A stretch of 64,000 nucleotides of DNA from an uncultured Verrucomicrobia subdivision 3 bacterium (lineage in GTDB: Bacteria; Verrucomicrobiota; Verrucomicrobiia; Limisphaerales; UBA11358), in assembly GCA_903865745.1 (NCBI GenBank), contig CAIPKV010000012.1, positions 10,953 to 74,952 of the forward strand, read 5' to 3'. Each line of letters opens with the position of its first letter. Within the stretch, counting starts at the first letter, position 1. The position numbers were made by a program, and so were the translations under genes. The notes beneath the pieces were generated by a model. It was not told the origin of the DNA and searched no databases. It was given only the letters and a program-made list of their open reading frames with translations. Below are positions 19,859-27,947 of the stretch, piece by piece.

Positions 19859-19910
19859 TGCGCCTTCGGCGCATCACCGCTGCTTGGCAAAGGGGCATCC
19901 GCCCCCTTGC
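19859..19910. promoter_or_regulatory. Candidate oriT
   Basis: Hairpins TGCGCC-TTC-GGCGCA and GCAAAGGGG-CATCCG-CCCCCTTGC, 100-150 bp upstream of mobC. Confidence 0.45.
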
Positions 19911-20554
19911 GACCCTGGTTGCTGGCCGCCGATGCGGCCAGAGCAGCCTCCACCGCCCGCCCGACATTAGGGGCGGAGACGGTGCGTTCGATGACGCGGA
20001 GGCATCCCTTGAGCACATCGGCTTCGATGACCTGTAGGGCGGCCGCAGGAAGCCTGATTGCGCCAATGACAGTGAGTCTGGCGCGGATCAGCGCCGACAG
20101 CGTGGGAGATGATTTATGAGTGGACATCCCTTCGTTGTAATAGAAGGGGGGGTGTCTGTTCCTAAACTATTTTGAAAAATCTTTTGGGGAAGTGTTATAG
20201 ACAGTCGCAGCCCTCGATAGTTGCCCCTTGGGCTTGCGCCCAGGCAAACAAATCGGGTCGGGACGTTGAACAGACTTTTGGGGATCTCGTAAGCGAGCGG
20301 GGTGATGACAACGAAGTCTGACCGAAATGCCGGCAGCACGCCGCGTGTAGCTTGCAGACTGTGAGCCCAAACCTTTTGGTGCAGCTCAGGAACTCCCCCG
20401 TCTGCCAATTGGCCTGACGCCAGGATTGAAACTGTTCATGGGCGTCAGTCTGAAGTCGGTTGCTAAATATCATAAGCATCGTACAGACATTATGAACGGC
20501 AGGGGGTGTCAGTTGCCGCAGAAACTGAGTTGTTAGAGTGCAACGTGCTCTCGA

Positions 20555-20593
20555 CGAATCTCACACCACATGTGGTAGGAAGGAAGGAGAGAG
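20555..20593 (+). repeat. Repeat copy B
   Basis: CGAATCTCACACCACATGTGGTAGGAAGGAAGGAGAGAG; one substitution and one indel versus copy A. Confidence 0.9.
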
Positions 20594-20627
20594 TAAAGTT
20601 CTGTCTCTAGCGTCATTCCTTTTAGGG

Positions 20628-21038
20628 TTAGAGGTCGAACGGGTCGAACGGTGCCCCGATATTTCGCGCAGCAAATTCTCGGACTATGACTTCGCGCCGG
20701 TCGGCAGGAATCATGTCCCATTTACTCGGGTCACAATTTTCAGGTAACGCCAAATTGTTTAGGCGGCACCACTCATGCAATTCGACCAAAAACGTTACAA
20801 CCCAAAACAATCCCTGTGGCGATGAACGAATTATTTCACCGGCGACTTTTATCCATTCTGGGTTAATCGCCCATTTGGATGTTTCCTTTTTCCGGCAAAA
20901 AGGCGAGTGACCGGTATGACTATCATCATGGTTAAAGTCCTCTGCGTAGTAATGTTCGCAGAGCTCATCACTCACTTCGGTTTCCGGGTCTAATTTGCGC
21001 GGAAGGGTTCTGAATTGGTCTCGCACAGGTTGATTCAT
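20628..21038 (-). CDS. Hypothetical protein ending FDPFDL (paralogue of 21049-21516)
   Basis: ELCEHY, SKWAIN and WCRLN..L.LP..CDPSKWDM motifs shared with the neighbour. Confidence 0.75.
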   Translation of the reverse strand: MNQPVRDQFRTLPRKLDPETEVSDELCEHYYAEDFNHDDSHTGHSPFCRKKETSKWAINPEWIKVAGEIIRSSPQGLFWVVTFLVELHEWCRLNNLALPENCDPSKWDMIPADRREVIVREFAARNIGAPFDPFDL

Positions 21039-21048
21039 GGCGTGTCCT

Positions 21049-21516
21049 TTATTTATGGCTGGCGACTTCCCAGTCGCTGTTTAGCGCCAGACCTTCCAAT
21101 ATGGCTTCGCGCTGTTCGCCGGACAGCATGTCCCATTTGCTGGGGTCGCAATCGTCAGGCAGCTCAAGCCCGTTCAGGCGGCACCACGCTTTCAGCTCGA
21201 CCAAAAACTTGACGACGCTCTCCACCTCATCTTCTGTGCATTGTTTCCTTTCGTAATCTGTGCCGGCCAGCTTCCGCATGAAGCCTTTTTCCACGCAGAC
21301 TTCCACCAGCCATTCCCGGTTAATCGCCCATTTCGATTTCCCGCTCCTCGCGTTTAACGGCCAGCAGGGAATTTTTTTGTCTGCCCAATCAATCCAGCTT
21401 TCAGCGGCGTAATGTTCGCAGAGTTCGCGCAGCGCTTCAGCCTCCGGTTCAATTATACGGGGACGAGTGGCGGATTGGTTCAGTTTTAGTTTTGTCGTCG
21501 AGGCGGTGTTTTTCAT
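21049..21516 (-). CDS. Hypothetical protein (paralogue of 20628-21038)
   Basis: Same shared motifs. Confidence 0.75.
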   Translation of the reverse strand: MKNTASTTKLKLNQSATRPRIIEPEAEALRELCEHYAAESWIDWADKKIPCWPLNARSGKSKWAINREWLVEVCVEKGFMRKLAGTDYERKQCTEDEVESVVKFLVELKAWCRLNGLELPDDCDPSKWDMLSGEQREAILEGLALNSDWEVASHK

Positions 21517-21518
21517 AC

Positions 21519-21563
21519 TGGCACGCTGGTCGGGAATCGAACCCGACCGAAACCAATCAGCGT
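21519..21563 (-). ncRNA. Candidate tRNA-like minihelix (acceptor stem plus T arm plus CCA; no D or anticodon arm)
   Basis: ACGCTGA-TTGGTTTCGG-TCGGG-TTCGATT-CCCGA-CCAGCGT-G-CCA. Confidence 0.5.
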
Positions 21564-21638
21564 GAAACCACCCACGATAACTATTTTAATCTGGAGATTA
21601 AAACCGCTCTACATCTATTTTGTGAAATCTTTTCCAAG

Positions 21639-24600
21639 TCAGGAAAAGTGCTCGCGCGCCTTGTCGAGAAACACCGGTAGCATCGTCCGCCGTTCGGGAT
21701 TGTTGTCAGGGTGAATGCACTCTTCCAAGGTTTCCCGCACACAGAGCAGAATACATTTCTTTCGGCATCGGCTGACGGCGGTATAGAGCCAGCGCCGGTT
21801 GGTAACGAGCGATTTGGTCATCACCACGATGCCGGTGTCGCACTCCACGCCCTGGGAAGAATGTCCGGTGCGGCACCACGGCCAGTCCACCTCGTCGAGT
21901 GTCAACCAGCCCACATTCTTCGAGCCATCGGCAGCCTTGTATGTGACTTGAATGGTGTCCGAGGCTTGCCCTGTGGTTACAGTGTCATCATAGACCGTCA
22001 CCAAGCTACCCTTTCGTATCTGGTAGGCAGCGGCCTTTGCCCCGACCTCCACCACCGCCAAAACATCACCTTTTTTGAAATCAAAAATCGTGGACTTATT
22101 GTGGCCAGCCGCCGCCCGCGCCATTTGGAGAATGTTCGAGTTCACCTTGAAGATGTCCGTGTGCCGAGGACAAAAGACCATGAAATTGGATTCCGGTGGA
22201 AGTGCGGTCACAAATCCGGCCGCCGCTTGCATGACCAGGAACTCGCTGGTCATATAATGCACCTCCATGCCTTGCCCGATTTTTCCCGGTACTTGGCCGA
22301 GATGGACTTGTTCAAAAAAATCAACAATGCCGCTGGACAGATGGTTGCTGGTTCGCCAATTGTGCGACAGCTGCGTCCCGGTCACTCCGGGTGTGCCGGG
22401 ATTTCTCTGTACCCACCTGACCAGGTCTTCCCCCACCAAACCCGGCCCGACCGGCATGTTTTGACCCGGCCCGACCGTGAGCAGCACGCGCTTGCCGGGA
22501 GCCCAGCTCATCGCCATCTGACCGGCCACGTCGCAATCCACCTGCCCAATCTCATCCCCGGCGAACACGTCGGCGTCCAAGGCGACGAAGCGTTTCTTTT
22601 GCTTGTGGGGCCTGATGTGATAGGTGGAGTGAATCGTTTCCACGGCCACGCGCTTATTGAGCCGTTCTCGCAGTTGCTGGGCACTTAAATGAGTGGCGCT
22701 GCCCACCCTTGTGACCAGCTTTTTATTCCGCGCAGCCTTCAACTCATTGGCGAGCGTTTCCGTCTTGCCGGTGCCGGGCGCACCGCTGATGACCTCGACG
22801 GAACCGCCGCCGGCACCTTGTTCAATGATCCGCCAGGCGAAGCGCAGTTCCCCGCGAACATAGTCGGCCCACCCGACCCAATCGCCTTTTTCGGGCACCC
22901 AGGCATTGCAGGAAAGGACATGCCGGGAGGCCAGCAGCCAATGCAATGACTGCAACAACCCTTCGTTGCCGAAAATCGCGATGAGCAGGTCGTAAAGGTG
23001 GCTGGACGAGTGGTACACGTCCCCATTTTCAGCCAGCCAAACTCTGACAAGTTCCAACAATAAATCACGCGGTAGCACTTCGTCATCAAACGGGTTTTTG
23101 AATTTCTGGGCGGCAGCGTGTTCCCTGTCCAGAGTTGCAAGCAGGTTGGTAAAACGCGGGTCGCCCTTCAAACGCTGTCGGATTTCCTTTTCGGTAATTG
23201 CCGGACGGGCGGGCGGAGTCTGGCTCTCCATTTGCCCGATTGCCAGCAGCGCCTCCATCGGCTTGAGTTTTTTCTTCTGGGGTTTCCGTGGTCTGGCTGC
23301 TGGGGTGTCATCGCAACTCATGGCGTCAATAATGTCGGGTGGCAGTTTGGAATAAATCTCGATGTTCTTTGAGCTGTCGCTGGCATCAGGCGAGTCCTCT
23401 GGTTTTGCAGGCCTGAGAAAGAACCAGACCGGGGCATCCCATTGGCTCTTGCGACCACGTTTTACCACGATGAAACCCATTTCCTTTAGTGCATCCCGGA
23501 CTGAGGTTTCTCCGTACGTCGTATGGGGGAGCACTTGAGAGATATGGAAGGTCATCTGTCCGCACTTCAGCACCGCCTTTTCCACCGCTGCCAGCACGGC
23601 ATCCGTTTCCCGAGCATATTTCTCGTAACAGCGTTCGATGTCCCGTTCCGTCCAGTCCTGCCAGGTCGCATATTTATTATGCGGAGCACCGTTCAACAAA
23701 AGCGCTTCGTTAAACGCCTTCTCGATTTCATCCAGTACCGGCTTGAATTCGGGAAGGGCAAAAACCAATTGTTTCGCCTTCCCCACTTTTACGCCCCGGT
23801 CCCAAAGAGACTTCCAGGACAGCAGGCAATTGATGTAAAGCCGCGTTCGGTCAGCCCTGTATTTGGTCATCGAGAGGTATTTTCCGCCGGAGCTGCGCGG
23901 CCCGATTTCCCGGCCTAGGTCTTTGCAAAATGTATTGAACGCCTTTTGCGGCAGGTCATTGAAGAGCTTTTGCACCCAAGCCAGGGGTTTCCCCAACACC
24001 TTCGCGATTTTTTCCTCTGACACGTTGTAGGCGCGCAACTGTAAAGCAGACACCTGCTCGCTCAACCCAGCCAGGCTGCCGCCCTGTTTACCCTGCTTGC
24101 CTTTGGCCGGCTTAGCTTGTGGCATCACCGAAATGGCGTCCTTGATGGTCTGGATTTCGACGTTGCCCATGAGCTTCTCCGGTCGCCAAAATGCAAAGGA
24201 TTCCAGGAATCGGGAGGGCCGGTTGCAATTCTTTGAAGCTCCTTCATCCAGACTAAGCGGCCCGGCATAGCCATTTGATTTAATTTCATCCCACAGACAG
24301 TACACGACCAGCTTGGCATCTTCCGTATCCACCCAGTCCGCAAAATAAATTCCGGCATGCACCCCGTTGGGCGTCTGGCCCGCCCAGGCGACCTCCGGAA
24401 TTTTTTCCAGCACGTTCAGCAGTTCGGCCTTTTCGCCGGGAGTCGCGCCCCGCCCCTTGACCCATTCGCCCTGGGCATTCTGCTTCTGTATTTCAAAATC
24501 CAATGTAAGGTCATGCCGCTTGCCGGGATTGATAGAACGATGCTTTCCCCGCTTTTGTTTTTCAATTTCAACTGGTTTGTCCGGGTCATCCCGCCGCCGC

Positions 24601-24836
24601 GCCTTGTCCAACAACTCCGGTGAAAAAATCGCGTTGACGTAGTACTCGAACTTGTAACCGCGAATTTTTAGCGCCCGGGAGTAGAGTTGAAAATTCCGCA
24701 ACTTGGTAATCTTATTTTGCGACACGAATACTTCGCCACGGGTGAGCTGCTGAATTTTCTGAATGTGCAGGTGCGAACCACCCAAGACAGGTGCGGTTGG
24801 TGGCGCTGACGGGGCGGATGGCGTGGTGGTGGACAT
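21639..24836 (-). CDS. AEP-type primase fused to a RecD-like SF1 helicase
   Basis: LTLDFE, QTPNGVH and LDEGASKNCNRPSR (AEP-like); SGAPGTGKT, GDEIGQ, TGHSSQGVE and LYTAVSR (RecD-like). Confidence 0.75.
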   Translation of the reverse strand: MSTTTPSAPSAPPTAPVLGGSHLHIQKIQQLTRGEVFVSQNKITKLRNFQLYSRALKIRGYKFEYYVNAIFSPELLDKARRRDDPDKPVEIEKQKRGKHRSINPGKRHDLTLDFEIQKQNAQGEWVKGRGATPGEKAELLNVLEKIPEVAWAGQTPNGVHAGIYFADWVDTEDAKLVVYCLWDEIKSNGYAGPLSLDEGASKNCNRPSRFLESFAFWRPEKLMGNVEIQTIKDAISVMPQAKPAKGKQGKQGGSLAGLSEQVSALQLRAYNVSEEKIAKVLGKPLAWVQKLFNDLPQKAFNTFCKDLGREIGPRSSGGKYLSMTKYRADRTRLYINCLLSWKSLWDRGVKVGKAKQLVFALPEFKPVLDEIEKAFNEALLLNGAPHNKYATWQDWTERDIERCYEKYARETDAVLAAVEKAVLKCGQMTFHISQVLPHTTYGETSVRDALKEMGFIVVKRGRKSQWDAPVWFFLRPAKPEDSPDASDSSKNIEIYSKLPPDIIDAMSCDDTPAARPRKPQKKKLKPMEALLAIGQMESQTPPARPAITEKEIRQRLKGDPRFTNLLATLDREHAAAQKFKNPFDDEVLPRDLLLELVRVWLAENGDVYHSSSHLYDLLIAIFGNEGLLQSLHWLLASRHVLSCNAWVPEKGDWVGWADYVRGELRFAWRIIEQGAGGGSVEVISGAPGTGKTETLANELKAARNKKLVTRVGSATHLSAQQLRERLNKRVAVETIHSTYHIRPHKQKKRFVALDADVFAGDEIGQVDCDVAGQMAMSWAPGKRVLLTVGPGQNMPVGPGLVGEDLVRWVQRNPGTPGVTGTQLSHNWRTSNHLSSGIVDFFEQVHLGQVPGKIGQGMEVHYMTSEFLVMQAAAGFVTALPPESNFMVFCPRHTDIFKVNSNILQMARAAAGHNKSTIFDFKKGDVLAVVEVGAKAAAYQIRKGSLVTVYDDTVTTGQASDTIQVTYKAADGSKNVGWLTLDEVDWPWCRTGHSSQGVECDTGIVVMTKSLVTNRRWLYTAVSRCRKKCILLCVRETLEECIHPDNNPERRTMLPVFLDKAREHFS

Positions 24837-25045
24837 GATTTATTTTATTGGTTTTAGCCTCTCAATGAAGAAAGTTTCGCAGGACTCCATTCTCATCGCG
24901 CAAAACCGGTTCCTCGGACTCGATGCCGTCAACCTCGACGACCCGTCCGACCGGGAACTGGTTTTGGCCAGTCCGCGATAGCCAACGCGAGGGCGCTCGC
25001 CGGCTATCTGGGGACCAGCGACAGCAGTCGAAAGAGTTTTCTCCT

Positions 25046-25080
25046 TCTCCCTTCCTCCGCACCACATGTGGTGGGCGATT
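25046..25080 (-). repeat. Repeat copy C (inverted relative to A and B)
   Basis: Reverse complement AATCGCCCACCACATGTGGTGCGGAGGAAGGGAGA; 31/35 identical to copy A. Confidence 0.88.
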
Positions 25081-25126
25081 AGCTCGTTCCCGCTCTGGCC
25101 GGAAGCTTTAGTGTTGGCGGGGTTGT

Positions 25127-26380
25127 TCATGGCAGTTTGAATAGAGGGACGGTTTGTTCCTCGATTCCAGCCCTTTTGCTTTGCTTTGGCTTAGGTGCTG
25201 TTAGAGGTTTTTTTGGCTTCGGCGGGGGCAAAGGTGTCCCTACATCTACGAGATTATCGACGGCAACTCCCAAGGAATACAATTTGCTTCTTAACAGGTC
25301 GTGTTCGGCTACCAATTCCATCGCCTTGCCCATGATTACGCCGCCATGATCGGTGGGGACATCGAGTTTCTTTTGGACGGAGCGTTTTTTTCTTTCCTCA
25401 TAAGCTGCCACATGGACGTAATTGACCTTCACTGTGCCTGCCAATTTCTTGAATTTATTTAGCCGTGCTTGAAGGTCGCTCCCGAAATAGCTGATTTCAG
25501 GGCCAATTACTTTCATGTCATTTGTGTCGTATTCGAAGGTTTCGATTCGGCTGAAGCTCTGTGGCGGGCCATCCGCCTTAACAACTCTCTCATCGTTTCC
25601 AAAAGCTAAGTCTCGAATTATCGGGGCCAAATATTTTTGCTTCCCGACATAGGCCGTGAAATCAAAACCCGGCGGGGAGTCTCGAATGTCCGCAATCGTT
25701 TTGAACGACGGCTTGCCGGACTTTAACAATCGCTCGGTGACATCGCCTACGCCGGGAATTTCGTTCACATCCAGCGGTGGTAAAATTGCGTCCCAGTCTT
25801 TGTCGTAGATGACGTTGATGCCGTCCGGGGCTTTTTGGTCGGTGGCAATCTTCGCCATCATCATATTTGAAGCAATGCCAATTTTGCAGTGCAGCTTCCG
25901 TTCCCGAAGGATTCGCACTTTGAGTTTTTCAGCCACCGGACGGGCCAGGTTCAAAGATTCGTCGGAAGTGGAGGCCTGGCAATAGGGGGTCAAATCGATG
26001 TACGCCTCATCCAATCCGACCGTTCCGATGGCCGGGTTGGTAATTCCCATTGCTGTCAGCTCGTCCTTGGTTAATTTGATGATTTCATCCGCCTCGTCCT
26101 CATAGGCCAGGGTTCTTGGGAGCAGCCAGGTCGCCGTCGGGCAGAGTTTGGCTGCCTGCAATGATGGCATTCCCTTCTTAACGCCAAAGTCTCTCGCCTC
26201 GGGGGTGGCCGTGGAAACCACCTTGCGCCGTCTTTTTTTTCCGACGATGACCGGCTTGCCCACCAGGTCAGGATGGTCCCGCAATTCCACCGACGCGAAA
26301 AAAGAGTTCATATCGAAAATCAGGATCACCCGGTATTTGAAATTGGCCGGGGGCGCTGAAGTTGTGACACAGGCGCTCAT
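25127..26380 (-). CDS. dinB: Y-family DNA polymerase IV
   Basis: FDMNSFFASVE, EARDFGVKKGM, GLDEAYID, PGVG HhH; C-terminal QTVPLF clamp-motif-like tail. Confidence 0.92.
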   Translation of the reverse strand: MSACVTTSAPPANFKYRVILIFDMNSFFASVELRDHPDLVGKPVIVGKKRRRKVVSTATPEARDFGVKKGMPSLQAAKLCPTATWLLPRTLAYEDEADEIIKLTKDELTAMGITNPAIGTVGLDEAYIDLTPYCQASTSDESLNLARPVAEKLKVRILRERKLHCKIGIASNMMMAKIATDQKAPDGINVIYDKDWDAILPPLDVNEIPGVGDVTERLLKSGKPSFKTIADIRDSPPGFDFTAYVGKQKYLAPIIRDLAFGNDERVVKADGPPQSFSRIETFEYDTNDMKVIGPEISYFGSDLQARLNKFKKLAGTVKVNYVHVAAYEERKKRSVQKKLDVPTDHGGVIMGKAMELVAEHDLLRSKLYSLGVAVDNLVDVGTPLPPPKPKKPLTAPKPKQSKRAGIEEQTVPLFKLP

Positions 26381-26387
26381 GCAATTT

Positions 26388-27947
26388 TCAGGGACTGCAT
26401 AACAATGCTGCCGCCGCCCGGATGCCTTCGTGGGCGTTTTTATTTTTGGCAATTGCCCGTGCCAGGTTCGCATTTTTTCCATCGCTGAGCCGGTTGAATA
26501 CCTGCGCCAGAATTTCAGGGTTTGTTATTTTTTCCGTTGCGATTGCCACCACATCCAAATTGGCATCCGTTAACGCCACTTTTTCCAATACATCCTGGGC
26601 GATGATGTCTCTCTTTACCGCCGCCTCACGAACGTTCAGCTCTTCGTCAAATGCAAGCTTGCCCAGAGTGCCCGGTTCTTTGGTCCGGCAAGCCACGATT
26701 TCTCTGAAATCAGGAACCTCACTGCTGGCAAATTTTTCCAAAACCTCCTCTGGCAGCCGTCGGCTTTGCAGGGCTTCAATCGCTTCGTGTGGCTCTCCAT
26801 TCAGCGCAATTCTGGCCACGGTTTCCGGCTTAACTTTTCTATTATGAACGATGTTATTAACGACATATTGACCAGGTTGGTCGGCAAATTCATCCAGGAT
26901 TTCAGGCGTGACGTCAGAACGCGAAACCACCCTATGTCGGCATATCCAATCTGTGTCCAGCCTCGGAAGCTGTTTGGCTATTTCTATGGGCAGCGCTTCA
27001 TTTTCAATTAGAGATTCAAGGATGTCTGTGCCCGAAAGCGGATAATTATTGATGTCCAGTCGTCCCGAAAGGAAGTCATCCGCCATTCGCGCAATTAACT
27101 TTTTGTCTTTGACTTCCCGGGCAGCAGCCAGCGTTTCTATTTCATTCAGCCCCCAACAGTGACCGTTAACCACCAGCGGCCAGTGTTTTCTCCAGTCGGC
27201 GTCGCGCGGCATCTCTTTGTTGTTCAGGTACACCGCATATTTTTCTCCATACTTATCACATAAGCTCCGCAGCACAGCGGGGTCTGTCACTCGATTGGCG
27301 TGTGACGCTGCCAAATCCAGATGCCTTCGCCCAATTTCGTTTATGACCGCCGTAGGCGTATGCTTATTATGGCAAATTGAAGACAAAACATTTTTATCAT
27401 CACATTTTGCCAGCATCCGAAGTGTCTCCGGGGAGTGGGTCAGGGTTGCCACGGCCCCTCTTATCTTCGGTTCCACATCGCTTGCAAAGCGGTCAATAGT
27501 TTCTTGTGCGAGCCTCCTGCTAAAAAGAGCTTCATAGGTCACATCTGGATCTGAGTGGCGAGCCAGTTTTTCAATTGTCTCCAACCTGGTGTTTGGGTTT
27601 TCGACGATCGAACGAATCCAGCAGCAGTTCCCAAATGCCGCCCATTTATCCAGCTCTTCAGGAGGCGCGTCTGTTCTCTTGCATAAATAGTAAGGGGGCT
27701 GCCAATGCTTTTTCCCGTATTTCGCCAATTCGTTGGCCTTTTCAAAAGGCAGAACTAAGTTTCTCACCAACATACCTATTAATTCGCCGCCATCAGTGAT
27801 GGGTTTGGCCAACAACTCATCAGCCATGCGGCATACTGTATCCAATTCTTTGGCTAGAAACGCGGCCTCTTTCGAGTGCACATCGTCAAGGCCCCAGGTC
27901 CAACCCTCGACCACAATAGGCTGTTCCGATTGCGGGGTAGCACTCAT
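26388..27947 (-). CDS. HEAT/LRV-like alpha-solenoid repeat protein
   Basis: Repeated NPNT..ETIEKLA..D..V..A units. Confidence 0.65.
   Translation of the reverse strand: MSATPQSEQPIVVEGWTWGLDDVHSKEAAFLAKELDTVCRMADELLAKPITDGGELIGMLVRNLVLPFEKANELAKYGKKHWQPPYYLCKRTDAPPEELDKWAAFGNCCWIRSIVENPNTRLETIEKLARHSDPDVTYEALFSRRLAQETIDRFASDVEPKIRGAVATLTHSPETLRMLAKCDDKNVLSSICHNKHTPTAVINEIGRRHLDLAASHANRVTDPAVLRSLCDKYGEKYAVYLNNKEMPRDADWRKHWPLVVNGHCWGLNEIETLAAAREVKDKKLIARMADDFLSGRLDINNYPLSGTDILESLIENEALPIEIAKQLPRLDTDWICRHRVVSRSDVTPEILDEFADQPGQYVVNNIVHNRKVKPETVARIALNGEPHEAIEALQSRRLPEEVLEKFASSEVPDFREIVACRTKEPGTLGKLAFDEELNVREAAVKRDIIAQDVLEKVALTDANLDVVAIATEKITNPEILAQVFNRLSDGKNANLARAIAKNKNAHEGIRAAAALLCSP

Noticed and set aside
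19762-20127. 121-aa ORF upstream of mobC
   Set aside because: No recognisable motifs, and it overlaps the likely oriT hairpins; left unannotated
21519-21620. Complete tRNA-Trp using CTCCAGA (in the 21584-21603 palindrome) as anticodon loop
   Set aside because: The stem register gives an even-sized loop, the arm lies 5' of the acceptor strand, and no D arm can be built; only the minihelix is supported
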